From: Macrostomum lignano
Lineage: Eukaryota
NCBI GenBank assembly: GCA_002269645.1
Contig: NIVC01002418.1
Coordinates: 81,969-145,968, forward strand
Direction of reading: 5' to 3'
Length of the DNA stretch: 64,000 nucleotides
Shown here: in pieces, positions 24,701 through 34,896 of the stretch
How positions within the stretch are numbered: position 1 is the stretch's first letter
How the letters are laid out: every line of letters starts with the position of its first letter
Made by a program: the position numbers and the translations under genes
Notes under the pieces: model-generated
Told to the model about the DNA's origin: nothing
Seen by the model: only the letters and a program-made list of their open reading frames with translations
Database searches by the model: none

Positions 24701-27040
24701 CGTGCTATGCGTGCCGGACGACACCGAGGCTGCAATCTTCTGCCGAGGCGCTGACGGACAGGCGAGTGAGCTTCCAAGATGTCAGCAGTTAGTCTACCTC
24801 GGCGGTCTGGTTCCCGACGTCCGCGAGGATCTGCGGCGTCGCCGAGGACTTGCTTGGGCTGCCTTTCGTTCTATAAGGTCAGTCCTGCAGTCCGAGGCCC
24901 TACCGGACCGCCAGAGGGCGGCGCTGTTCCAGGCGGTGATCGAGACCGTCCTGTTATACAACGCCGAGACCTGGACGCTGACAGACTCGCTCGAGGCTCA
25001 AGTCGACGCGGCGCACGCTGGCCTGCTGCGCGCCGCCTTCAAGATCGGCAACGAGCGAGTCACCAACACGGCGCTCTATCATCGCGCCGGCCTGGCCCGT
25101 CCTAGCGATCTGCTGCGCCGTCGGCGACTCCAGCTGGCAGGCCACGCCATCCGCGCCGAGGCCTACTGTCCGGAGCCGGTGCAGGAGGTGCTGCTACTTA
25201 CGTTGCAGGCACCCTACCGGCGGGGACAGGCGAAGACTCGGCGCTACGTCGACTGTCTGCTGGCTGACGCCGGCGCCCCGGACTCTGCCGGCGGTGCGGC
25301 TTTTGTTCGCGCCCAAGCTTTGAAGCGCGCCATCTGACGCTGCTTTTGTGAACTGGCAGCGTACTCTGTTGTTGTTGTTGTTGTTCTGTCTATGTGTCTT
25401 ATTGTCCTAGTGTGTGTCTGTCTATGTGTCTCATTGTCCTAGTGTGTGTCTGTCTATGTGTCTTATTGTCCTAGTATGTGTCTGTCTATGTGTCTTATTG
25501 TCCTAGTGTGCGTCTGTCTATGTGTCTTATTGTCCGTAGCAGTGTTAGATTCTGGCTATTTTAGTTTGTCTGTCTTAGTATGTCTTGTCGGGCCGTAGCC
25601 CAGTGGTCTAGATCAACGCTCTCAATGTGCCAGCGGCCCAGGCTCGATTCCAAGTGCAGTCACATTATTTGGGACTTAAATTGGAATCTCGGCAATTAAC
25701 GCCCTTGGGAGTTAGCGCAGTGAAGTGTACATGCCTAACGGTAAATAAAGTTAGGGCCGCTGTACACTCCTGTGAGAGTGTGTGCCTGTGTGCGTATGAC
25801 TGCGTACGTATCCGCGCGCTTGTGTGCCTGCTCAGGGGAGTCGGCGGAATGGGCAGTAATGCCTCTTGCCGGTTGCGTGACAATGTCGCTTGAAGTGCAC
25901 CAGGGTGCACACGGCCTCAAACTAACAAAACAAAAACCAACCCAGCTCGCAGGCGGCGAACAGAGGCGTCCTCTGCCTCTCGTCCCTCTCTTCCATCTCG
26001 CAGCCCAGCTTAATCAGGGCCCGCAGTGCCCTGGTCGAGTCGGTCTTGGCTGCAAAGAACAAAGGCGTCTGGCCGTTGTTGGCGCGGGCCTCCTTGTCGG
26101 CGCCGAGTTGCACCAGGGTGCGGCACATCTCCGGGTAGTCGTAGGCGGCGGCCACGTGCAGCGGAGTCCAGCCGAAGTCGTCGGCAGCGCGGACGTTCGC
26201 CCCGCTTCGCACCATCTGCTCGGCAACTTCGGGACTCCAGTTGAGCGCCACCTCGTGCAGGACGGTCTGGCCGTGGGTGTCGCGCCAATTGAGGTCGGCG
26301 CCCCGATGCAGCAGGTCGACGATGATGTCAATGTCGAGCTTGTTGGTGTACAAGTCGCTGTTGCAGTTGCTGGCTTTGATGAAGTAGCGCATGAGACAGC
26401 GGCTCAGGTCGGCCCGGCCCGTTAGGTCCGTCATGTCTTTGCCGAATAGTCGAATATTTGTTGCGCCTTTTTCCGGCGCGTCCTCTTTTAGGATGGAGCA
26501 GCAGGTGGCTGTGTTTCGAGTGCGGTTGGGATTGGGAGAAGCGATTAGAACAAAGGAGAGCCTATCAATGAAAAGAGACCTAGTCTATGAAGGCCAAAAG
26601 GGTGGCACTGTTGAGAGTTGCTCGATCTACTCCAGGGGTTTGGCGAACTTTTTAGCTCAAGGGACATTTGGAGAATCTAGCGCATGACTGCGGGCCAGAG
26701 GAAGGGAAAGAGAAGGGAGAGAAGAGAACGGAGAAGGAGAGAAGGGAGAAGAGAGCTGAGAAGACCCACAAACCTTAGGCGGGCCGGATTGCTATTGTGA
26801 AGTTTCAAAAGACCCGAGGGTCGGATAGAGAGGCTCGGCGGGCCGCATGTGTCCCGCAGGCCGGAGTTTACCGATCTGATCTACTGCAATCAAGTGCTAG
26901 ATGATAAATATAGATCGTTGCCATGGTAACTTACACCCCGTTTGGCCCCTGAGCTTGGAGTGTCGAATGTCGACTCGCATCTTGGTGAATTTTCTTCGCT
27001 CGGAGGACACCGATCGCCAGCGATGGATCATCACCGACAT
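15730..27040 (-). CDS. Ankyrin-repeat TRP-like cation channel (TRPV/TRPV-like architecture), 13 coding exons, about 894 aa
   Basis: Exons 27040-26935 (tentative first), 26508-25942, 21982-21873, 21769-21605, 20843-20752, 20139-20007, 19932-19855, 19518-19107, 18487-18300, 17552-17437, 17362-17158, 16849-16697, 16089-15730; all GT-AG with matching phases. 4-5 ankyrin repeats (GQTVLH, GWTPLH, GQTPLF, QRTPLF). S2-S5 segment YFDDWWNYLDW...WIRLLKYVKPFEFFGPFIVMLG; pore FRLTLVDEY; S6 LFLNLFIAQLSETF; TRP-helix-like MQKAITLL. Confidence 0.9.
16327..16590 (+). mobile_element. tRNA-derived SINE family B (CORE-like central domain)
   Basis: tRNA-like head ggggttgtagcctagtggtcagagcgtcggactcacgact...ggttagattctc, then gtgtccttgagcaagacacttaa...ctgtaaaatggg. 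Four more copies occur in the window. Confidence 0.85.
17511..17988. repeat. 238-bp tandem duplication overlapping the 3' splice site of a TRP exon
   Basis: Copy 1 is 17511-17748 and copy 2 is 17749-17988. One mismatch seen (aatccgctg vs aatctgctg). Confidence 0.95.
18028..18275 (-). mobile_element. SINE family B, degenerate copy
   Basis: Reverse-complement match to 16327-16590 (cagctcagccgcagctatt, ccaaggactggggg, ttacagct..gtgaa). Confidence 0.8.
18678..18962 (-). mobile_element. SINE family B copy
   Basis: Reverse-complement match including the tRNA-like head (gtagcctagtgg...ggttcgattcccg). Confidence 0.82.
19545..19815. repeat. 22-bp minisatellite (gcagccacctcactcccagcag)n
   Basis: About 12 copies in a TRP intron. 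Confidence 0.92.
20255..20465. repeat. 33-bp minisatellite (gggccacccgcttcaaggtctgtgtactgggtt)n
   Basis: About 6 copies in a TRP intron. Confidence 0.9.
21270..21485 (+). mobile_element. SINE family A, 5'-truncated copy
   Basis: Matches the 3' two-thirds of 25590-25918 and 49039-49368 (gtgaagtgtacatgcctaacg...gacaatgtcgcttaaagt). Confidence 0.8.
22037..25535. repeat. 32-bp satellite (gtgtcttattgtcctagtgtgtgtctgtctat)n, interrupted by a LINE
   Basis: About 50 copies at 22037-23668; resumes at 25386-25535. Confidence 0.96.
23669..25385 (+). mobile_element. 5'-truncated RTE-like non-LTR retrotransposon with an uninterrupted RT ORF
   Basis: ORF runs to the stop at 25337 with RT motifs QNGFRP, VDFRKAFDSV, GVLQGDTLAP, LGYADD. 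No endonuclease domain. (gtt)n 3' tail. ctgtctatgt flanks both ends (23659-23668, 25386-25395), consistent with a 10-bp TSD. Confidence 0.92.
25590..25918 (+). mobile_element. tRNA-derived SINE family A
   Basis: Head gggccgtagcccagtggtctag...ggctcgattcc (A/B-box-like). Body shared with the 21270 and 49039 copies. Confidence 0.82.
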
Positions 27041-29242
27041 GTCGGCCACTTCGCGAATCCCCAGGCTTTTTCGTCGACTAAAGAAGCATTTTTATTTAGT
27101 ATCGAGAGTTATATTTATGTTCAATAGAATGCCGCCATTATTCAAAAAAATAATCTCTTTATTATTATTAACTCGTATCCTGCCATCTGCAACTTAATAA
27201 ACTGTTCGGAAAAATTGGGAATGGTAGAACTGCAGTTATTAAAAACTGTTTTTTTGTTTTTTTGGTGGATATTTGGATTAACTTAGCATATAAACTTCTG
27301 GCTTTAACGTTAAAAGTTGTCTTAACTTGAAGTTATTCCAATTCTATATCTAAGTTTTTAAATTGAAGCAGCTATCTACAGGGTATTTAAAAATTTATAA
27401 ATATTAGCAAAATTTCGTTTTTATTTTTAACTGCCACAGAATGTCTCTTCTTGTCCTAAGAATTTCCAGTAATCCAATGTGTAAACTGTACACTGAAGGA
27501 TTCTCATACATATATCGAAAATTTACTGCACATATAGCAGCCATAAAGTAGCAAATATTTTTCTATTGACAAACAATTAAATATTACAGTAACCAAAGTG
27601 TTTCAGAAAATTCTCTACAGTGTACAAAATTTTCCTGCTTTTCCAAAATTTTCATTTCACTGGACTCTTAAGTCTGTCATGCTAGTATTGTTTTCGCAAG
27701 TTTGCACGTAGTCAATCAGTTTCAATTTTATGTTTTCTTTTTAAGAAAGACATTTACGCTATTAACTAGAAAACTGCAACTAAAAACTGATAATCATCTA
27801 TTTTATTTACATCTTTTTAAGACCGTTTGTTATTTAGGGTTGTTACATACCCTTTGTTAAGTTCTTCATGCTTCTGCTTCGTCGAGGAATCACTTTCATT
27901 GCCTTTTTTTTCCATGGTGTTTGTAGTGGATCATGAGATTCGTGAACAAAAGTTGCAGTGTGTAAAAATAAGAAACTATATGCGTGTTGAATTCGTTTCT
28001 CTAAGCACTTTACTTTAGTAGTAAAAGTTAAAACAAAATATTAAAAATATAAGAACTAATAAGCTGTAGTCTGACGTTGTAAGAATATGAAGTGTTTTAG
28101 AATTGTTATTTACATAAGAAATTCACCAGTTTTTGTAAAACAATTTCTTTATGTAATTTTTATCGTTTTTTACCAATAATTTACCCATAATTACCGATAA
28201 TTTTTATCGGTTTGAGTCAACTTTCCGTATTTCAGTAGATGTATATTACGATTTATAATTAATTGTACGGTATGCCAGTTGCCAGAATATAATGTTTTTA
28301 TTTATACATGCATAATCATTCATAAATAATAGGAAAAAACAATTTACTGTTAATTTTGGTCAGCCAAAAAAACATGGCCCTCGCCATTGTCGTCTAGTAA
28401 ACTTGTTTTGTAGCTCATTGATGTGTGATCACTCATACGTCAAGGCTTATGGCGGAATTTGTGAGATTGTCAAGATTAACGGGGGATTTCTGAGATATTA
28501 AGGCTGAAAGGTCAGAAGCTGCATTTGTTTACTCAATTTTTATTCCATTTTTTGTTGGCTCTCTAATGGAGGCGCTGATTATGCTAGTTTCGAGGTTAAA
28601 CTTAAAGATTTACATGTGTAGAAGACTCGTTTCATAACAGAACGTTTTTCTATTTTTTTAAGTTTAATAGTGAATTTCTAAAGTAAATATTGCGTCTTTA
28701 GATTAAAGACTGCTACATTAATATTTTTAGAATAATTTTTGAAAAATAATGTGCAAGTTAAGCCCATAAATATAAATCAAGCTTGCCATCAAGGAGTTTT
28801 TCTCGTGACCCACATATTTTAAATAAATAAAGATTATATTAAAGAACAAAAGACATCGCCAACAGGTTGGTTTGTATTGAATAGATTCAACAAGAATTCC
28901 AAATATTACTGCAAGAATTTCCAGTCTATTTAATTAATTGCCAGTAGTTTCCATAAACAGTAACCAACAGTAGTCACTGTTTGCACAGTTATTTTCACAG
29001 GTCAAGATTCCAACAGTGAACAGAATGACAAAATTGAATGCAAGACAAAGCTTGTGGTTTAATAAATAATTAATTTAACTTTTACTAGCGTTGCCATTTC
29101 ATCACGCAAACTATAAATCGAGTTTTAATGCTCTAAATAGCGTAAACAGCATAAATATTCTTGTACAAGCGTATAGAAGGAATAACAATTGCAGTAAGAC
29201 TAGCTGCTATATTATATACGGTTTTAAGCTTCGTCGTTGATA

Positions 29243-30826
29243 CTAATGCGTTGAAAAACAACCAATACGGAACGCAGCAGGTTTCTTTCTCTGAATTTGG
29301 GGATCATAAGCGGCTATTTTAGGGGTGCCGTTTGAGGGTATTTTAGGGGTGCCGTTTGAGGGTATTTTAGGGGTGCCGTTTGAGGGTATTTTAGGGGTAC
29401 TGCTTGAAGGTATTTTAGGGGTGCCGTTTGAGGGTATTTTAGGGGTGCCGTTTGAGGGTTTAGGGGTACTGCTTGAGAGTATTTTAGGGGTACCTTTTGA
29501 AGAGGGTATTTTAGGGGTACCGCCTGAGGAGGGTGTTTTAGGGGTACCGTTTGAGGAGGGTACTTTAGGGGTACTGTTTGAGGAGGGTATTTTAGGGGTG
29601 CCGTTTGAGGAGGGTATTTTAGGGGTGCCGTTTGAGGGTATTTTAGGGGTGCCGTTTGAGGGTTTAGGGGTACTGCTTGAGAGTATTTTAGGGGTACCTT
29701 TTGAAGAGGGTATTTTAGGGGTACCTTTTGAAGAGGGTATTTTAGGGGTACCGCCTGAGGAGGGTGTTTTAGGGGTACCGTTTGAGGAGGGTACTTTAGG
29801 GGTACTGTTTGAGGAGGGTATTTTAGGGGTGCCGTTTGAGGAGGGTATTTTAGGGGTGCCGTTTGAGGAGGGTATTTTAGGGGTACCGTTTGAGGAGGGT
29901 ATTTTAGGGGTACCGTTTGAGGAGGGTATTTTAGGGGTACCGTTTGAGGAGGGTATTTTAGGGGTACCGTTTGAGGAGGGTATTTTAGGGGTACCGTTCA
30001 AGGAGGGTATTTTAAGGGTACCGTTTGAGGAGGGTATTTTAAGGGTACCGTTTGAGGAGGGTATTTTAGGGGTACCGCCTGAGGAGGGTGTTTTAAGGGT
30101 ACCGTTCAAGGAGGGTATTTTAGGGGTACCGTTTGAGGAGGGTACTTTAGGGGTACTGTTTGAGGAGGGTATTTTAGGGGTACCGTTTGAGGAGGGTATT
30201 TTAGGGGTACCGTTTGAGGAGGGTATTTTAGGGGTACCGTTTGAGGAGGGTATTTTAGGGGTACCGTTCAAGGAGGGTATTTTAAGGGTACCGTTTGAGG
30301 AGGGTATTTTAAGGGTACCGTTTGAGGAGGGTATTTTAGGGGTACCGCCTGAGGAGGGTGTTTTAAGGGTACCGTTCAAGGAGGGTATTTTAGGGGTACC
30401 GTTTGAGGAGGGTACTTTAGGGGTACTGTTTGAGGAGGGTATTTTAGGGGTGCCGTTTGAGGAGGGTATTTTAGGGGTACCGTTTGAGGAGGGTATTTTA
30501 GGGGTACCGTTTGAGGAGGGTATTTTAGGGGTACCGTTTGAGGAGGGTATTTTAGGGGTACCGTTTGAGAAGGGTATTTTAGGGGTACCGTTTGAGGAGG
30601 GTATTTTAGGGGTACCGTTCGAGGAGGGTATTTTAGGGGTACCGTTCGAGGAGGGTATTTTAGGGGTACCGTTCAAGGAGGGTATTTTAAGGGTACCGTT
30701 TGAGGAGGGTATTTTAGGGGTACCGTTTGAGGAGGGTATTTTAGGGGTACCGTTTGAGGAGGGTATTTTAGGGGTACCGTGACGGTATTTTAACCAAACA
30801 ATGACCACTGCATGAATAATTTTCAT
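29243..30826 (-). CDS. Candidate 527-aa repeat protein (NGTPKIPSS)n with many N-glycosylation sequons; may be a non-coding 27-bp minisatellite
   Basis: ATG, then hydrophobic MKIIHAVVIVWL, about 53 repeats of 21/24/27 bp, a unique C-terminus and a stop. The opposite strand is also open, so coding status is unproven. Confidence 0.35.
   Translation of the reverse strand: MKIIHAVVIVWLKYRHGTPKIPSSNGTPKIPSSNGTPKIPSSNGTLKIPSLNGTPKIPSSNGTPKIPSSNGTPKIPSSNGTPKIPFSNGTPKIPSSNGTPKIPSSNGTPKIPSSNGTPKIPSSNGTPKIPSSNSTPKVPSSNGTPKIPSLNGTLKTPSSGGTPKIPSSNGTLKIPSSNGTLKIPSLNGTPKIPSSNGTPKIPSSNGTPKIPSSNGTPKIPSSNSTPKVPSSNGTPKIPSLNGTLKTPSSGGTPKIPSSNGTLKIPSSNGTLKIPSLNGTPKIPSSNGTPKIPSSNGTPKIPSSNGTPKIPSSNGTPKIPSSNGTPKIPSSNGTPKIPSSNSTPKVPSSNGTPKTPSSGGTPKIPSSKGTPKIPSSKGTPKILSSSTPKPSNGTPKIPSNGTPKIPSSNGTPKIPSSNSTPKVPSSNGTPKTPSSGGTPKIPSSKGTPKILSSSTPKPSNGTPKIPSNGTPKIPSSSTPKIPSNGTPKIPSNGTPKIPSNGTPKIAAYDPQIQRKKPAAFRIGCFSTH
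29300..30780. repeat. 27-bp (24/21-bp variants) minisatellite (ggtattttaggggtaccgtttgaggag)n
   Basis: Directly visible. Contains duplicated blocks of variant units. Confidence 0.95.
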
Positions 30827-31083
30827 TTACCATAGAGTGATACGGAATGCTATATTATAAAGTTATAAATCAGAGTAAAGCAAAATCTCAGAGAAAAATT
30901 ATATTAAAATGAGATTTGGAATGAAAGAATCAGCTATACTATATTATAAGGATACCCGCTGTTTACTCATGACTTATAAGTTTTAAATTAGCAATAAAAC
31001 AAGGGGGTACTTAAGAAACCTATTGCAAGATAAAGCAGTGAAGCAATTATAACAAAGCAGTGTTACAATAAGAAAGCCGCTGC

Positions 31084-33836
31084 TCAAGCCACCCCAGTGC
31101 TGACAATGCCGAGCTCCTCCAGCAGTGACTTCGGCTCCTCGCACTCCTGAAACACAGCGAGGATAAAGGAAGAGGATTTCCCATCCGCAATGCGAGGCTG
31201 CCGAGCTGGCGCGTGACACGCGGGAATTATTAATAAGTTCTATTTATATATATAGTACATAGTGCGGGCTGTTTCACAACATTATAGAAATAATAAAATA
31301 TAATACGATTACTTAGCACAGGTATTCCATAAGTACACTTGTACATAACACTTGTTATACACTCTATTAAGTAAGTTGAAATTCCTTCGTCGCTTTCTAA
31401 TAATCTACCTCAGTGTTATAATTTTGTTAATCTTAATTAATTTGTTAATTAATTAATTTTTATAACTTATCCACCTCTTGGCTTGGCCTTCCAATAATCA
31501 ACCTGACTTGACCTCAGTCCTCAGGGATACGTAATCAACCTGACCTGGCCTTCAGATAATCCACCTGACCTTCGGATAATCCACCTGACCTTCAGATAAT
31601 CCACCTGACCTAGCCTTCAGATAATCCACCTGACCTGGCCTTCAGATAATCCACCTGACCTGGCCTTCAGATAATCCACCTGACCTGGCCTTTAGATAAT
31701 CCACCTGACCTAGCCTTCAGATAATCCACCTGACCTGGCCTTTAGATAATCCACCTGACCTAGCCTTCAGATAATCCACCTGACCTGGCCTTCAGATAAT
31801 CCACCTGACCTGGCCTTTAGATAATCCACCTAGTCACTACGACAGTGTGAACTGAGTTTTTCATCACAGAAGCTAGCCAATGAAAATTGAAAGTGTAAAA
31901 TGAAGGGAAGTAAAAAATATCGAGGTTAGAGTTAAAGGTCAAGGCCGCGAAACAGATTTTCGACATACAAAGGGATTAAAGAGGGTATTAAATTAAAACT
32001 ATCATAGGAACTTAAACTATATACATACTAATAATTGCATATGCTGTTAGATTTAAGCTAAGGCTTAAAATAAGAACCGTTTCATTAAAGAAAGCCTGAA
32101 GGAAAACTACAAGGCTTCATACATGCGCAACCTTGGGATTCACTCGGGCGTTTCTATTGGCAACACATACATGTACATGTAAGTCGCTATTGGCTGAGAG
32201 CAGTCACGTGACTACTATTCCGTCCAATAGCGACTTACGAGCGTACATGTGTGTGTTGCCAATAGAAACGGCCGAGTGAATCCCAAGTTTGCGCCCAAGC
32301 ATGCAAGGCTTAACGACAGTTTGATAACAAGTTCACCATAATAAATTAGTAAACTTACAACACCAGCGAAATAAATTGAATTGCGGAACTCTACACAACA
32401 ATTTGACAACAAGAATGGGAGAGAAAATTAACAAAATCTGGGGCGAAATTTTACCAGCCAATAATTTTAATTGGCACTCGCTCTGGCTGACGGAACTCAG
32501 CCAAGCCCGTGGTCGTCAAAGAATCCCTGCGGAGTCTCTTCCTTCAGTGCGGGAGTTCGATTCCGTTTTTATAAAAGGGCGATTAAAGTGCAGGCACTCT
32601 GGGAGGCTGGCCCAGCAACTGAGGATCTGGGAGGCTGGCCCAGCAACTGAGGATCTGGGAGGCTGGCCCAGCAACTGAGGATCTGGGAGGCTGGCCCAGC
32701 AACTGAGGATCTGGGAGGCTGGCCCAGCAACTGAGGATTTGAGAGGCTGGCCCAGCAACTGAGGATCTGGGAGGCTGGCCCAGCAATTGAGGATCTGAGA
32801 GGCTGGCCCAGCAACTGAGGATCTGGGAGGCTGGCCCAGCAACTGAGGATCTTGGAGGCTGGCCCAGCAACTGAGGATCTGGGAGGCTGGCCCAGCAACT
32901 GAGGATCTTGGAGGCTGGCCCAGCAACTGAGGATCTTGGAGGCTGGCCCAGCAACTGAGGATCTGGGAGGCTGACCCAGCAACTGAGGATCTGGGAGGCT
33001 GGCCCAGTAACTGATGATCTGGGAGGCTGGCCCAGCAGCTGACACTCTGGGAGGCTGGCCCAGCAATTGAGGAGCTGGGAGGCTGGCCCAGCAGCTGAGG
33101 ATCTGGGAGGTTGGCGGTGGTCCAGCCTGAGGATCTGGAGTGCAGCGGTCCAGCCAGCCTGAATATTGGCACCATATTAGTAGGCACTTTTGCAATCTAA
33201 AAGGAATCCAAGCTCACCTCCTGCAGCAGATCCTGAGCAGCGATGGCTTTGAGCACATTTTTCTTGCTGGTCTCTTGAACTTCGCCGCCAAGCATGAATT
33301 CGTCCAGCATGAAATAGGCCTTCTCAAAGTTGAAGATGATGTCCAGCTCGCACACCTGGCCGCAGGTAAGTGCATAGCCATTGAGTATTTTCTCTTGATT
33401 ATTGCTTTTTTCATGTCAGTCTGCTATCTATGGAACTGTCAATCAAAATCCCCGCAGACTCACGCTGCCAAAGTACTGATCCAGCAGCTCCACATAGCGA
33501 TGAATGATCTCTAGACAGAGCAGCTCATTGTCGCTCTGCTCAATGGCGCAGCAGAAGTACAAACTGGCGTATCTATCAAGTGAAAGCAAAGGCGACACAA
33601 TGCAAACAATGACCTATTTGACAGCATGTTGGAATACGGTTTGAAAAAATTGCTCACCTTTTGTAGACAATCTTCAGATCTTTCCATTCAATAAAGGCGC
33701 ACATTTTCGGCTTCCTGGCTAGAATCATGGTGACCAGGTCTCTGGTGATCTTTTTCTTCATCTTCTCTGAGTGGGCCATGTACCATTTTTGTAGGCGCAG
33801 CTTGCCTTGCCTACTAAACAGTAGCATGAAGTGCAT
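31084..33836 (-). CDS. AP1S: AP-1 adaptor complex sigma subunit, 4 coding exons, about 162 aa
   Basis: Exons: 33836-33658 ([19 protein letters not shown]...KIVYKR); 33572-33464 ([36 protein letters not shown]); 33355-33218 ([20 protein letters not shown]...QDLLQE); 31146-31084 ([20 protein letters not shown]). All GT-AG and in phase. Confidence 0.95.
31490..31830. repeat. 25-bp minisatellite (ccacctgacctggccttcagataat)n
   Basis: About 12 copies in AP1S intron 3. Confidence 0.9.
32118..32303. mobile_element. 186-bp palindromic MITE with CAT...ATG termini and 8-bp TSD
   Basis: TSD caaggctt at 32110-32117 and 32304-32311. Left end catacatgcgcaac. Long internal inverted repeat (cttgggattcactcgg...ccgagtgaatcccaag). 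Confidence 0.88.
32598..33115. repeat. 28-bp minisatellite (gaggatctgggaggctggcccagcaact)n
   Basis: About 18 copies in AP1S intron 3. Confidence 0.94.
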
Positions 33837-34896
33837 CTAAAATAGCATGGCAACATTTAGGGAAATAAAAATGGATTTAAAAGTTGTACAAATTATAACT
33901 AATCACATAATTTAATTAAGTGTATAAAATCACTTCAAAATCAAATCTTTGAATCTAAGAAAGAATTCATTTTAGTACTCCACCACAAATGCACTTTTTT
34001 ATGTTAAAATGATCACCAATTATAGATTAGCAAATGAAATCAAATATGTGCTTTTTAATTAAAAATGTTTTTGTTGCTTATAGAAAGACACATAAAAAAG
34101 ACAATCCAGAATGATTTTAAGTGCTTCATTATTTAAACAGTTTATTGAAGGAAAAGTAAAGTAAAGTTATTGTTAGAATTTTAAGCAACTATTAAATTTC
34201 AATGCATAATATATCCTAATGGTAAATAAGATAATAAAAAAATAAAGATTGTTTATCTATTTTTTGCTATGATCATTAAAGCAAAGTATGATTTCCTAAG
34301 TTTAAAATAGTATTTATAAAAACCAAATAGGTAGCATACAGATTGTCCCTCAAATTTTTTTAGTTCAGTCACAATCATGGCATGTCTATGCCAGAACAAA
34401 TCCTATTAAAAAGTCTGCTTGCCCTATATGTTAGAACTGCTTTTAAAAAGAAACAAAAATAAGTATTTTTCTTTTGAAAAATATTGGTAACACTTGTCTT
34501 TGAATCTATTTCAGTTTTTGTCTTGCAACAAAGTATGCCAATTTGTTTGTCTTGTGCCACACTGTGCTAGATTTTTCCTCCTTGCCTACTGTTGTACCAG
34601 AGTGCACTAGTGTGGTATACTTCCAACTCTATTTTGTATCTAATTTTTCTTTGAAAAAGGCTATCTTCCTGATTATCATAGGTTTCAATATATGATATGC
34701 CACCTTTCTAACTAAGTCTATGGCCTAGGCTATGGCAATTGGTTAGACCTATAGAAAATATTTTTTATTATATAATATTGCATAGACTCTAACATCTTGA
34801 TTCTTCAAAATATAATTTGATTTCTGATCCTAAAAACTTCTATTAGTCATAACCTATGGTATAAATTTACTTTAGTTCACAATTTTTTTTTTAAAT

